From Takakia lepidozioides (lineage: Eukaryota; Plantae; Bryophyta): a stretch of 64,000 nucleotides of DNA. Of the stretch, positions 13,901-25,169 are shown piece by piece (the stretch's first letter is position 1; every line of letters begins with the position of its first letter). The position numbers and the translations under genes are program-made. The notes below the pieces were generated by a model. The model was not told the DNA's origin. It did not search any database and saw only the letters and a list, made by a program, of their open reading frames with translations. The DNA lies in contig CM060731.1 of NCBI GenBank assembly GCA_030704615.1, positions 44,950,001-45,014,000 of the forward strand. Direction: 5' to 3'.

Positions 13901-16900
13901 TACCGGCATCAGCCACTGACAAAGGCAGTTTCTGTCCCTTTGTGTTCCGCTCAAACTGGGTGTGGGGTCAATGGCCACAAGGCTACGGCAAACAACGTCT
14001 TATGAGTACATTCTCTCTCTCTCTCTCTCTAGGCAGGAGGTCATCAAGGTAAGTAACACTACTGGAGTGAGCCCCTCACAAAGATAGAGCATATTCCCTA
14101 TGTTGCCATCCAAACTGGGCACGGGTCTATGGCCACAAGGCTCCGCCAAACAAAGTCTTATGAGTACATTATCTAGGCAGGAAGAACTGACCCTAGCTGT
14201 GTCTAAGGCTGCATGAAGAATGTCCGAACAAACCAAACTTACGCACAAAACTTCCCTGAACTTGTTTCCAATTTGTGACATGGGTGAGGAGCTTAAGGAT
14301 GGCGTGAAGGCCCTACCTACCCTCGGCACAAGACTGAAAAACTCAGGGCGGGGAGTCTAACCTTGAACAATAAACAGGTGCAACCAGGAAAGGGAGATTG
14401 ATGTTTGGGCGGCCTGAAGACAGTATCCATTTTCTGATACTATATCTGGGGTATTCTCATCAGAGAGTGGCCCACTTCAGGACCATCAAGAACATAGTCC
14501 CTGCTCTGTTCACCAGCTTTCAAAATCTCCAGGCTGAGCCTATAAAGCCCTGGCCCCGTTGGGGTCTAATTGCTGGGCAGCTCACACAGCAGATTGATGC
14601 TTGAGTGAAGGGCTATCTAGAATCTGGAAAGCCTGAACTGAGTGTTTATACCAAAGTAAGTAGCAAACCCCTCCACAAAGGTCGTGTCTGTCTGTTCCCT
14701 TTTGTTTTGCACAAACTGGGTGCAGGGTCTATGGCCAGAAGGCTATGGCAAACGACATCTCACGAGACATTCTCTCTCTCTTTATCTCTCTCATCCCTTT
14801 AAGCATTTGGGCCTCGGATGCAACAGATAATTTTTCCCTTTTCTGCTTTCTTCCTGATGTGTACAAAGCTGACCTTTCTGAATCTACATATACATCTATG
14901 TTCTGTGCATAGCAGCATATAGATCCCAATGGCAAGGTGAAGACTGACCTCTGGCTCATGACTTTGGAATTCAGTTGAGTACCGATATTCTGGATGTCTA
15001 GATATGGACAAATCGGCCCTCTCCAACTCCCTCCGTGCTCGTTGCTGCTCAAAGTGACCAGATCGACATTATTTAATATCTGTTCAAACCACTGACAAAA
15101 AGATGCAGCCTTCTAAGGTGCACAACATGGCCAAGGGTCCAGTTCTTCTCTAAAGAAAGTTCTTTCTTGGTCTTAACCATTACCATCCACTATTGCCAAA
15201 AAGTGGTACATAAGGATGTTATGAATAGTTGCACATATTTGCTTCTTTACTTCACTGCGGAAAGATTTCAAATAAGGTATTACCAAATAAGGCTACCATG
15301 TCTAGCTGATAAAGCAGAATGGGGCCCAAGACTTACACAACTTCGCAGAACTTACATCTTTGCCATCAGTCCTCTCAAATAGTACCACACGACCTCCCCG
15401 ATCACCTGTGGCCAAATGCTCCCCACTCCTATCGAATTCAATAGCCGAGATAATGTCAACTGCCACATACAGGGTAAAGTATTAACAATTTCAGTCACTA
15501 AATCAATTCCAGCCATGTCAATCAACCCACAGACCTATGCATGCCAGCCTCAACTACAAAGCACAACCACGCATGACGTGCTTGTTATAACCTTGTTGGC
15601 TCAGGAACCATCCAGTTCAAGCAGGTCAAAGACCCAGCAGAAGGTGGGGAGCAGATACAGAAGGAGAACCAAAATTGCCTACCTATATACATTGCACATT
15701 ACATAGGTAGTCAAATCCAGTACCAGAGGGTCCAGTGACAAGTTGAAGACTGTTTTCATGGACGAAAACCTGTCCCTATCTTTCATTGTTTGGGCTTTTG
15801 CACTAGTGAGAGGTTATACAAGCTGCTCTTAGCCATCTACCTCTCATTGTGATAACAACCATAAATCCACCATCTGCCACTCTGCTGGCTTATCTTAATT
15901 ACCCTTAGAGAACGGTGCCATCCAACCACACTCAAGTCAGGCACCCCAGGATAACGTTGTTTTCATCAGAGTGGAGCAGAGCTCATTGCTGTTTTGTGTA
16001 TATGCCTGGTAGCGTACCTAATATTTCAGCAGAGGAAGGAGCACAGATCGGGTGATCCAGACCAACCACATATACTCTATTCTCTCTCTTGATCTATTAG
16101 AACTTCTACCCTAAAATTCATTGTTTGCAAACCATGCAGTACTATTCCTTCTGTAACAATCAAGGTACTATCTAGCTGACTCTTAGGCAGAGGAACCTGT
16201 CAGGAAGAGATCCAGACTTAGGCTTCAAAGAGAGGTGAGAACTATAAACTTGGGGACTGGCGCACCAGTCATGTAGGACCAGCTGAAAGAGGGATGGGAC
16301 GGTTTTTGAGACTCAAAATTATCGTGCTTGGGCGTCTTACAGTGACGAAGAAGGGGGGGTGGGAGGAGGCAGTAATAGGATGCAAATGATCTGAGGTGCT
16401 GTACAGGCCTACACCCCAAACTTGCAATAAATATACATTTCTACCACAGCACCATTAAACCCATCAGCACCAATGGGCATTGGTAATTAAAGTTACTAAT
16501 TTGGCTTGTGCTTTGAAACCTTATGTAGACATTGTGACAAAGCTTGGAAATTCCGAGAGAAAGTGCATAGAAAAAAAGGTCTCCTTGCAAATTTTCTTCC
16601 CCATTGAACATACTGCTGAACATCTGCGCCTTTGTCTGAAGAGGCATCCACCCATGGTGAACTTTTGTAAAGCCCTCGATTCCATCTCAACACAGTAGCA
16701 AGAAGAATCCCTACAAGACCAGGTTAAGCCATGTGTCTGACGCATACATCACAAAATTGAGATCCTTGCCATCTCTGGACTCTGACATTACACTTTGCTT
16801 AGCCATGCCGCTGACTTTGGACCGCATACAAGCATCAGAGATATACTAGAGGCCTTTAGAAGGTGAAGAAATCACCAAAAGATGGAAACTCTCTTGTGTC

Positions 16901-17326
16901 ATTGCAAACAGAGACCAGAGGATACAAAAACTGACCCCTGCAGAGTGAAGCTGCTGAACAAAGGGGGAGGATCACAATGGGCCTTAAGCCAATGACGACT
17001 AAGAGCAGTTTACCATATGGAGTGGGGAAAGCACAGAGCCGATCGACCAGAGCCAGTGTAAAAGTCATAATTTCATGGAGCTGGAATGACCATAATAATG
17101 GTGGGAAAGAGGAAGGGCAGAGAGACAAGGAAGACGTAAAAAGAGATAGATAGAGAGTGCAAGAGTTGTCTCCAGCGCAGTGATGAACACAAAATGGGAG
17201 CATACCTTCCTGCACCTCTTCCCCAGCGGCACGCTCGCCAAAAACTTGAGAGAATTTCCACTCAAGAGCTGGCTGGCCAGGGCCTCCGGATGCGGGCGAC
17301 CCGCCTCCGCCCCCTCCACTGATCAT
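7940..17326 (-). CDS. B55: Serine/threonine protein phosphatase 2A 55 kDa regulatory subunit B (B55/PR55, WD40), 14 exons
   Basis: Exons: 17326-17206, 15459-15356, 15044-14949, 13471-13352, 12813-12598 (or 12592), 11758-11667, 11411-11293, 10920-10797, 10162-10039, 9653-9585, 9249-9158, 8776-8699, 8375-8296, 8079-7940. All introns are GT-AG with matching phases. Peptides include [101 protein letters not shown] and [13 protein letters not shown]...SLYMYYA*. Confidence 0.97.
13635..14795 (+). mobile_element. Cluster of four 5'-truncated LINE 3' ends in PP2A intron 3, antisense to the gene
   Basis: The motif GGGTC(A/T)ATGGCCA(C/G)AAGG...CAAAC..(C)GTCTTA..GTACAT occurs near 13655, 13965, 14122 and 14725, and three copies end in (TC)n. 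The longest copy (~14190-14795) encodes TSLNLFP..DMG...LPTLGTRLK and EDSIHFLI, which match the LINE at 54894-57392 and 37831-38028. Confidence 0.9.
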
Positions 17327-20234
17327 ACTCCCTCCTTTCTTCCCTCTACCTGTGTGTACCCGACCTGCCTAACCCTAACCAAATCCAAAACCTAATCAGT
17401 TGGCAACAACAGCCCGGGATTTTCACAGAATCTGCGTAACAAAACACCATCATCAATGCAATTTCCACTCCCCTCACTCCTGCAAGCCTGCACTACACGA
17501 GCACCCGCCATGGCTGCGAGCGGGGCAGATCTCGTCCATGGCCCGAGCTCGCGCTCACATGCTTGCGAGGGATTCTACGCCCCCAACCTCGCCCGCCCTG
17601 CCCTGACCTCACCCTGCCCGGCCCCCTCCCTTGTATTATTTCTTCTGCCTGCCCTGCCATTACAAAACAATCCCCCTGCAGGTTGTACCAAGCAACAACA
17701 CGTCTTTCCTGAAAATGTCCGTACGTAGTTAGTTAGCGAGTGAACATTCCGATCTTTGGTTCTGTATTTACTTGACAATAAAGTTCAACTTATCTTGCTA
17801 ACTATCTTTTTACGATTGTAACTAGGGTCGGTCGTCGCCAGAATGGATGGATGACGTGCTGATGGATGTGGTGTGATTAGAATTTTAGTAAGGTGGCAGA
17901 CGATGGTTGGCCGAAACTAAATAATCACATGGGTGAACCTTTTTACGCTCCTAGCTGGCGCCCAGAGATGAGTATGGAAATATTTACTCTGTGGAAATAG
18001 TCAATTACCTTCTTTAAAATGATATAATAAATAACAAAACGTCCTTTTTGAATTAGAAAAAGAAAAATCGACGGATCCAAGATTCTTTCAAGTTTACGGT
18101 TTATTTTTCGAAAAATACAGGGTTTTACTTATTTATTTATTATCTTTCCGATGGCAGGTAAGCGATCACGGATTTTAGGGTTTCTTTTTCCGGATTCTGC
18201 AGCGGTGGCCACATTCATCCATGTGACAAACCAAGCTGGCAGACCAGATATCATCCGGATCAACGGAGAATGTTCATCCATTCTGATAAACACCAGTCAT
18301 CCATCGCATCCTGGCAGAAAAAGGAAAACATCATTCATCCAACAATCTCCTCATTTTCACGGGCCGGTCGGGCAGATTCTGATATTATTTACACTGCCCA
18401 ATTCGGATAGTCTTGGCATTGTTCACCGACCGTCACGGGCTCGAATCCTGTTTCGATGAAGAAATGACCAGAGCAACGCCGTAACCGCCCATGTCAGCTG
18501 ACAATGCTCATAATGTCGAGTTCGCTAGTGGTCTTCGAAATGTCGCTTTTATTGAATATAAAAGATCGCATATGTTTCCGTTCCGATATTCGTCGTGAAG
18601 CTTTACATGTTATTTGTTTCTGTTTAATTACTTAACTATATATTTGAGTAATTTCAGGGCCGGGCAGCGCAGCCCGAACTGACGCAACAGTCTGACAGAA
18701 ATACGACGATGGATCCAACGTACGGTATTCGTTCGTGCACCTGAGCGACGTCACATCAACGATCTTGTTGATCCAACCACTGTAGGAACAGCCTCATTCA
18801 TCCAATCTGTCTCTCTGTCTCTCTGTCTCTCTCACTTGTTTCTTTTCCTGCCCTCTTATGAGCTCAACTGTCTGTTCCGTGAAGCCCAATCTTCCACAGA
18901 AGTCTTCCATATGAGGATCAGAAATGCTTGGCAGCTTATCTGCTTGACCCCTAGGCAATCCCTTGAGCAGTATTTGCTATTTGGGCTGCTTCTGGCTTCA
19001 CTATGGTGTCTTGTTTCCTTTTGTCACATAAATCTTTGAGCTTTCTACGGACGTTATGAAGTTCCATTTCATTTCTCTTTCTGCGAATTTCCCGTAGCAG
19101 TTCATACGCAGTTTTTTCAAACTTTGAATGAGCTTTAATCCACGCGCTTGCGTGTGCGGAGGACCTTGCACTTTGAGCTTTGGTCACGGCCAGTTTTCCG
19201 GAGGAAGTACTAGTTGTACAATATGAAAAACTTACATTATATATTGCCAGCATATAAAAATTTCTCAAATAAAATCATGGGGGAGTTTCAGATACTTGAA
19301 GCCCAAATCAAGCTTGACTGTCACTATGGGGAAGGGCAATCCGATTGGCATTTTGTTGCCCAATTCTGGAAGTGCCTCGGACTCAGGTTATAAGATTTCT
19401 AAAACAAACAGGTGCATTAAGTGTAACTGAGGGGAGTACTTACTTGAATCTAGAATACATCATGTCACTTGTGTAGATCACTACATGGCGTGCATCATGA
19501 TTGCAGTCTGGAGTTCTGTGGGCGATCTTAAAGAAAACTTAGTAATACATGACCCCGAACTGATGGGTTTTCCGTAAACTTATTGACCGAGCTCCAACCA
19601 CTCAACGGATTCAGGTATTCAAATCGACGCATCCGAGCACCTGGGCACAAAAATTAAGAACTTAGTGCACGGAAAACGTTCGAACTGACCTCGGATGTAA
19701 CTCTGGATCGACCCAGAGTTTGAAGGATTTCAGGACTGACAAGTGTGCCAAGGCTATGACAGAACTTGTATATTACATATATATCCAAGAATTGCAAGTA
19801 CACGAAGGATCCACTACCCACTGTATAGTATACCAAGTGCTACTTGAAGCGAGACAAGTATAGAGAGTCCCAGAAAAGTTGAAGTCGTTTGGATACCTAC
19901 TGATCTCGAACAAATTTATAAGCAGGAGAAGTATGCGTCATACCTATACACGAAGGACTTCGAACGTGGTAGGAAAACTCAGGAGAAACGGAAGGGGCTG
20001 CCTGTGGATGACTTCTCGTTCAAAGAGCCAAGCCGGGCCTTTGTGAGTTCTGGCAGCCTGGAACGATTGTTTAAGCTCAAACATCTGCCTATGATTCCCT
20101 TGACAGGCTGCAATTCCACTACCCAATTGAAGTATCAGTACCGCGACCACTGTAGAGGATTTATTTAGACATGGATGTTCAAACTGACATCTTTTCAATC
20201 ACTGGAGAATATTGCTCTCCAGTAGAGAGCACAT

Positions 20235-22585
20235 TCAGATAATAAGGAGCCAACAGATCCATGGTCCGAATGTACATATGAAGACAAAAATTTTGAAACC
20301 ATCATCAGTTTGAGCTTTCTCAGTACATGTATCTACGAGATTTAGTATGTGATCAGGTTCAAATACCAGACATTGGACACATGAAACCTTGGGATCAGCA
20401 CGTTTCTTGTGGAGAATATTTGAATCCTTCACAAGCCTGAGAAGAACGTCGGGAGTTTTGTCGTTAGCATTCGACCTGCACGCCTTTTGACGTTCCAACC
20501 TGGGACCTCTTTGCAGCTCAATACTGAATCGACCAGACTTATTCATCTCCTGATCAGACCTAGTGATCTCCCAGTACCCACCGAAGACGCGGCTTGAACA
20601 TCCGAGATTAACAGTCTCCATTCCATGAGTCCCCTTGATAAGGTGAAAACTCTTTGTTGGAACCCACTGTTGTTCCTGAAGGACTCCTCCTTCCAGAGAG
20701 TACATGAGGGAGTCCTCACTCGATGCGATGGACGTGGTGTCCCTATATTCATGCAGGTCATAACGTGTCCTTGGAAATTCCTGTACGATCGGGCCTACTG
20801 CCTTGGGGATGCCTTTGCCCCGCGCTGAACACTCAACACCGTTTTTGCCGTCGCCGAAGACGAATGAGGATGCAACCGGAGAGAAGGGAAAATCTTCCTC
20901 GTCCACAATGTGAATCACCTGCACTACTTGTAAAAAGGATTGTTAGCGTCTACAGCCCAACAGACACTCTCTAACATGGTTCAGATATCTTTCTATCGAA
21001 ATGTTAAACCATACATACTCAGACAAGGACTTGCAGGTCACCTTCTCCAATACTACCTGTGTCGTGAATCCATGTGCTGACTAGAATTTTCTGGATGAGC
21101 ACAGCTTGAACCTGACCAGTAATTAATTTGTTCTTCCTTCTGGCCCTGCCATATGTGCTATCAACTCAGAAGTCGGAAGGAAAAGTGGACAGGTCTGGTC
21201 GTGGAATAAAGTTCAAATTGAACACCATTTACCTCCTCTGGCCTGTTGTAAGCTTCAAACTCCATGATCTCGTCCACACAGTCCATGCGTCGGGAAAGCG
21301 AACGATCCGAGTCCCTCTCCCATCTTTGCCGTCCATAAATGTCACCGTTCCTGTCGTATTTCAGAACACCTGAGATCATGGGATCCAGGCAATGATCTCT
21401 GGAATATACGGATTGCCTGGGGGATTCCCGACTTGTCTGATCTTTGCGATGGTTCGCGACTGTCTTCAAAGGTTTTTGCTCTAATGAGAGGTTCCACGAG
21501 CTGCTGTTAGAAGACCACCTCTCATGCGTGGGCGCCGTCGACTGTGAACTAGACCTCACATGGTGATCAGGTCCATAATTCACCATCTGCCACTCTTGGT
21601 GCCAGCCCGGTTGATCTGAAGATTGATCATGTTCTTGAGGATGATGCCCTACCACCGCACTCGGGCCAGGCCACTCAAACATTATGTCGTCTTCATCAGA
21701 AGTGTCGTCATTCATTGCTGTAATAGACAGTAGACAGTGCGCAAGTCGTGAACCGTGTCCGGTTGGGGGTGGCGGAGGAATCATTACATTTTTGTGTAAC
21801 TTGCGCCTGGTATCCTGACAATGTCTCTCAGAAGAGGAGGGAGAAGACAGACTGTTGGGGAGATCCAGAGTGCTGACGGGAGATACATTCTCCTCCTCAT
21901 ACTTTCCACCGTAATTAATGCTGTATTTTCCTAGCTGATTCCCAGAGGAGACCTCGCCTCTTTTCCTCCTGATCGACTTTGACCCTTCCAGTGACATGTT
22001 TTTTGTTGATGGCATCCTAGACTGTCCCACCAATTTTCTGAAGATCTTGAGATCAGAGAGATGGGAGCCAGCGCTGGGCACGGTCACTGGGCCAAGGCCT
22101 CGTTGAAGTTGATTAGAATACATCTGGCCACCACTCTCGAGCCGACTGCCAGGAGGTGGGAGGAGAGGATCACGGCATGGATGGAATTTCGCCGCAGATT
22201 CGATTGGTTTCCCAGGCTCTGTCTCCCACTTGAATGGCACAGTACCAGCAGTTCGAAAACGTGTGCTAGAATTGTTGCTGCAAGAGGGGTTGGAAAGTTC
22301 ACGACTAAAGAACATCTCTGTCTCATCATCTAGATAATGGACCCCCATCAGACTCGCTTTCAGATTGAGCCTCATACTTCTTGTTTCTGGGCCTTCGGCT
22401 TCATCATTGACCACAGCTGAATCTTCTAGACTCTGTCGTGGTGATCTGGGTGTATGACTTATCGGTTTTGGTATCCCTGGCTGTTCTTCCCATGTGAAGG
22501 GGATAAACCCTGCGACCCTCGGGACACTTGAATCGTCAGAGAATTCGGAGAAGTTTGACCGCCTGACCGACTCTGCCTTCATCAT
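20235..22585 (-). CDS. Plant DUF688-like protein with two PFxWExxPGxP motifs; exons 22585-21233 and 20918-20235, 3' structure uncertain
   Basis: The 474-aa ORF has IPFTWEEQPGIPK and VPFKWETEPGKP. A phase-0 donor (GAG|GTAAAT, 21232) and acceptor (TGCAG|GTG, 20919-20921) join it to the 229-aa ORF. Confidence 0.7.
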
Positions 22586-23714
22586 CTTGCTCTCCTGCTA
22601 GGACCGTTGCGACTCGTTCTGTCTGTCTAAGTTGTGACCTCTCTAAAGTATTCCAGATGGAGAGTTTTTCTTCCACAGTCAGGGCCTGTCTAATTTTCAA
22701 GACTTAATACTCTATGGCACCTGAAGTATACTCTCCGCGACGCTGCATTTGACATGTACGAACAAACCTCCCTGCATTGTACTTGCACTCAGGGATGTCG
22801 ATTCTAGACGTAACAATGAACTTATAATAATTTCCATGTAGGCAATCTAAGGTAGTCGTTCCAAGTCGAGTAAGCTTAGCTAGCTTCGGAGCCTCAGCTC
22901 CACCACTGCAGGGGCTCCCACTGTACTAGTTATACGAAGGGTCTAGCTCGCAGACCTGTGTGATCTGAGAGAAAAATGCACTCGTGAGTACGGGTACATT
23001 CTAGAATGGACGTAGGGTTCAACTCAAACAAGCTGCAACTATGATCTCATGATTAGGCCCGGAAAGTAGAAGAGCATTCCTTAGCCGAATGCAGGCAACT
23101 AGGACTCCAGTTCGACGTATATTAAAATGCGGCAACTTGTACGTTGTAGACTCACGAGCTGCCCAAGAATGCCCTGCCAATACTTTACGTACGATCTAGT
23201 TCAAGCACAGACAGATCAAACACGAACGCAACTAGTAGGACCACCGCCGGATCCCGAGGAGAGAGAGAGTACTGACCAGTCACCTATGCGCCTTCACAAA
23301 AATCTGAGCACAATACAAGTGAAGTCCGCAGGAGTGAGAGAATCTCGGGGTACTGGCGCAGCACGACCAGACGTGCAGCAGCAGTTGCTTGCGCTTTGAA
23401 AAAAGCTCTTGATCTTCGACTGTGAGCAGAACAAATGTTTGTGAGGGATGTTTATAGCAACAACGTGCACAAAGTGAGAGAACCGCCCTGTGCCTGTTAT
23501 AAAATATACTTGTAAGATGATCCCCTAGCATGTAAGACCCATAAACCACATTATTCTCTTTCCGGTACCTCACTATGTAACTAACACCGTCATTCATGCA
23601 AACCCGGAATCCCAGACAACGCATTCAAAACATTTGGGGATCCGAGAAAACCCATTTCTCACTTTCCTAGTTGATGGATAACTTAGACTGGTCACTGGAG
23701 ACTGCAGTGAGCGC

Positions 23715-25100
23715 TTGAGTGAAGAACAACAGATATCCGAGGCAAGCACCCGGACCTCCATAGTAATGGCTCATTCAATGCAAAACCCCACTTCAAAGAA
23801 AAGTGAAGGTGGAGTGATTAAGTTTGGCTCTATTTTAAGGCAGCTGAACTTAAGCCATGACCAGCTAACTCCACAGCAGAAACTTGGATCTCTTCGGAAG
23901 TCAGAGTCTAGGTTTAAAGATCTGTTCCTGTTGTAGCAGGATGTGTGGCAGTCAAACGAGCACAGCATATGGAACATTGGAGCTCGCATTCCTGTGGACT
24001 CATCCGACCCCCCACGTCCTCCTTTGTCAGAGTCTCCAATTAGGACATCTCCAGCGTTGATTTAGGAACTCCGATGTGGGAAACTGACTTCAAAGGTGCG
24101 TTAACACTCGCAGACGTTGGATGGGCGTTGTTTTGAATTTTTGACATCCGGTGCATGAACAGAAGAGTGATGCCCCAGTGATGCACAGGGTTGCATGCAA
24201 GCATTGAACCTTCTTCCCTGCAATTGCTTACCAGGCGTGCTGCTACTGCTAGTTACTGTGAAGGGAAGCTTCATTGGTTTCAAGAGGGACAAAGAGTTTG
24301 GATTGTGAGGTGATAAAGGAGTGATTTTGGAGGACCGTCAACTGTGTGCAGAGTGGGCGTTCTGGTTTCTGCGGGGAGCATCGATTCTTGTCAAGATTGC
24401 AACAACTACAAGTTTCAGGACTTTCTGCAAGCATCTGCCATCTGGCTTCAAAGAGCTTGCTAGTCAAGGGTACTCGAGATGTCATGATATCTAGAGTGCT
24501 GGTGTCTGTACACAATTTCCTTACACTATTTGAATTCATGCAGTTCAGATTTAGACCTGAATCAGGTTAGTAGGACTTCAGGGTAAAGCTGCAGCACGAA
24601 GCTCTGGGTTTGCACTTTGAAGACAACCAATTTATGCGAGGCAAGGGAGTCTCTACAACTTCAGAGTTTCCAAGCCGCCTCGTTTCCCCTTCGCATGGGC
24701 ACCCCTTTCAGCTGCCTGGGCGAAGTATGATCCATCCATCTCCGTGGTGCGTTTTCACTCGCCAATGTCTGTCACTGATTTGAGATGTTGGAAAAAGCTG
24801 CCAGTAGTCAGCCATGAATAAATATAGGGTGTAAACGGAAAGCATTCAACAGTTCAGCTTGTCTGGCCAATGCAACCGGCATGATTTGTTTGAAAAAGAA
24901 TATGGAACCTCCAGTTTTCTTATCTCTACATGACTCAATTCTTCAACCCAGTTCTACCCCCACACTGATTGATTGTGCCACACTTCACTGCTCAAACGCC
25001 TCCTGTCAAGGACATCTGAACTGAACTTGTGGCCACCCACTCATTCTTCCAGTTCGCTCACTTGCGAAAACAAAACTTGGTCTGGAACATTGTGTTATCT
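23715..25100 (+). pseudogene. Highly degenerate NB-ARC/LRR (NLR) remnant
   Basis: ILRQLNL...SRFKDLFLL*QDVW resembles the kinase-2 motif LLVLDDVW. Downstream fragments LSRLQQLQVSG, LSASICHL and LHDSILQ resemble LRR units. There are many stops and frameshifts. Confidence 0.4.
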
Positions 25101-25169
25101 TTCGCTAGATCCACTGTCCAGTATTGCCACCAATCATGCAGTCAAAAACAGGGAAGAATGTGCCTATCT

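Noticed and set aside
16441-16810. Possible ancient LINE RT remnant in PP2A intron 1 (FNG...QGD)
   Set aside because: A single weak motif with no supporting collinear motifs.
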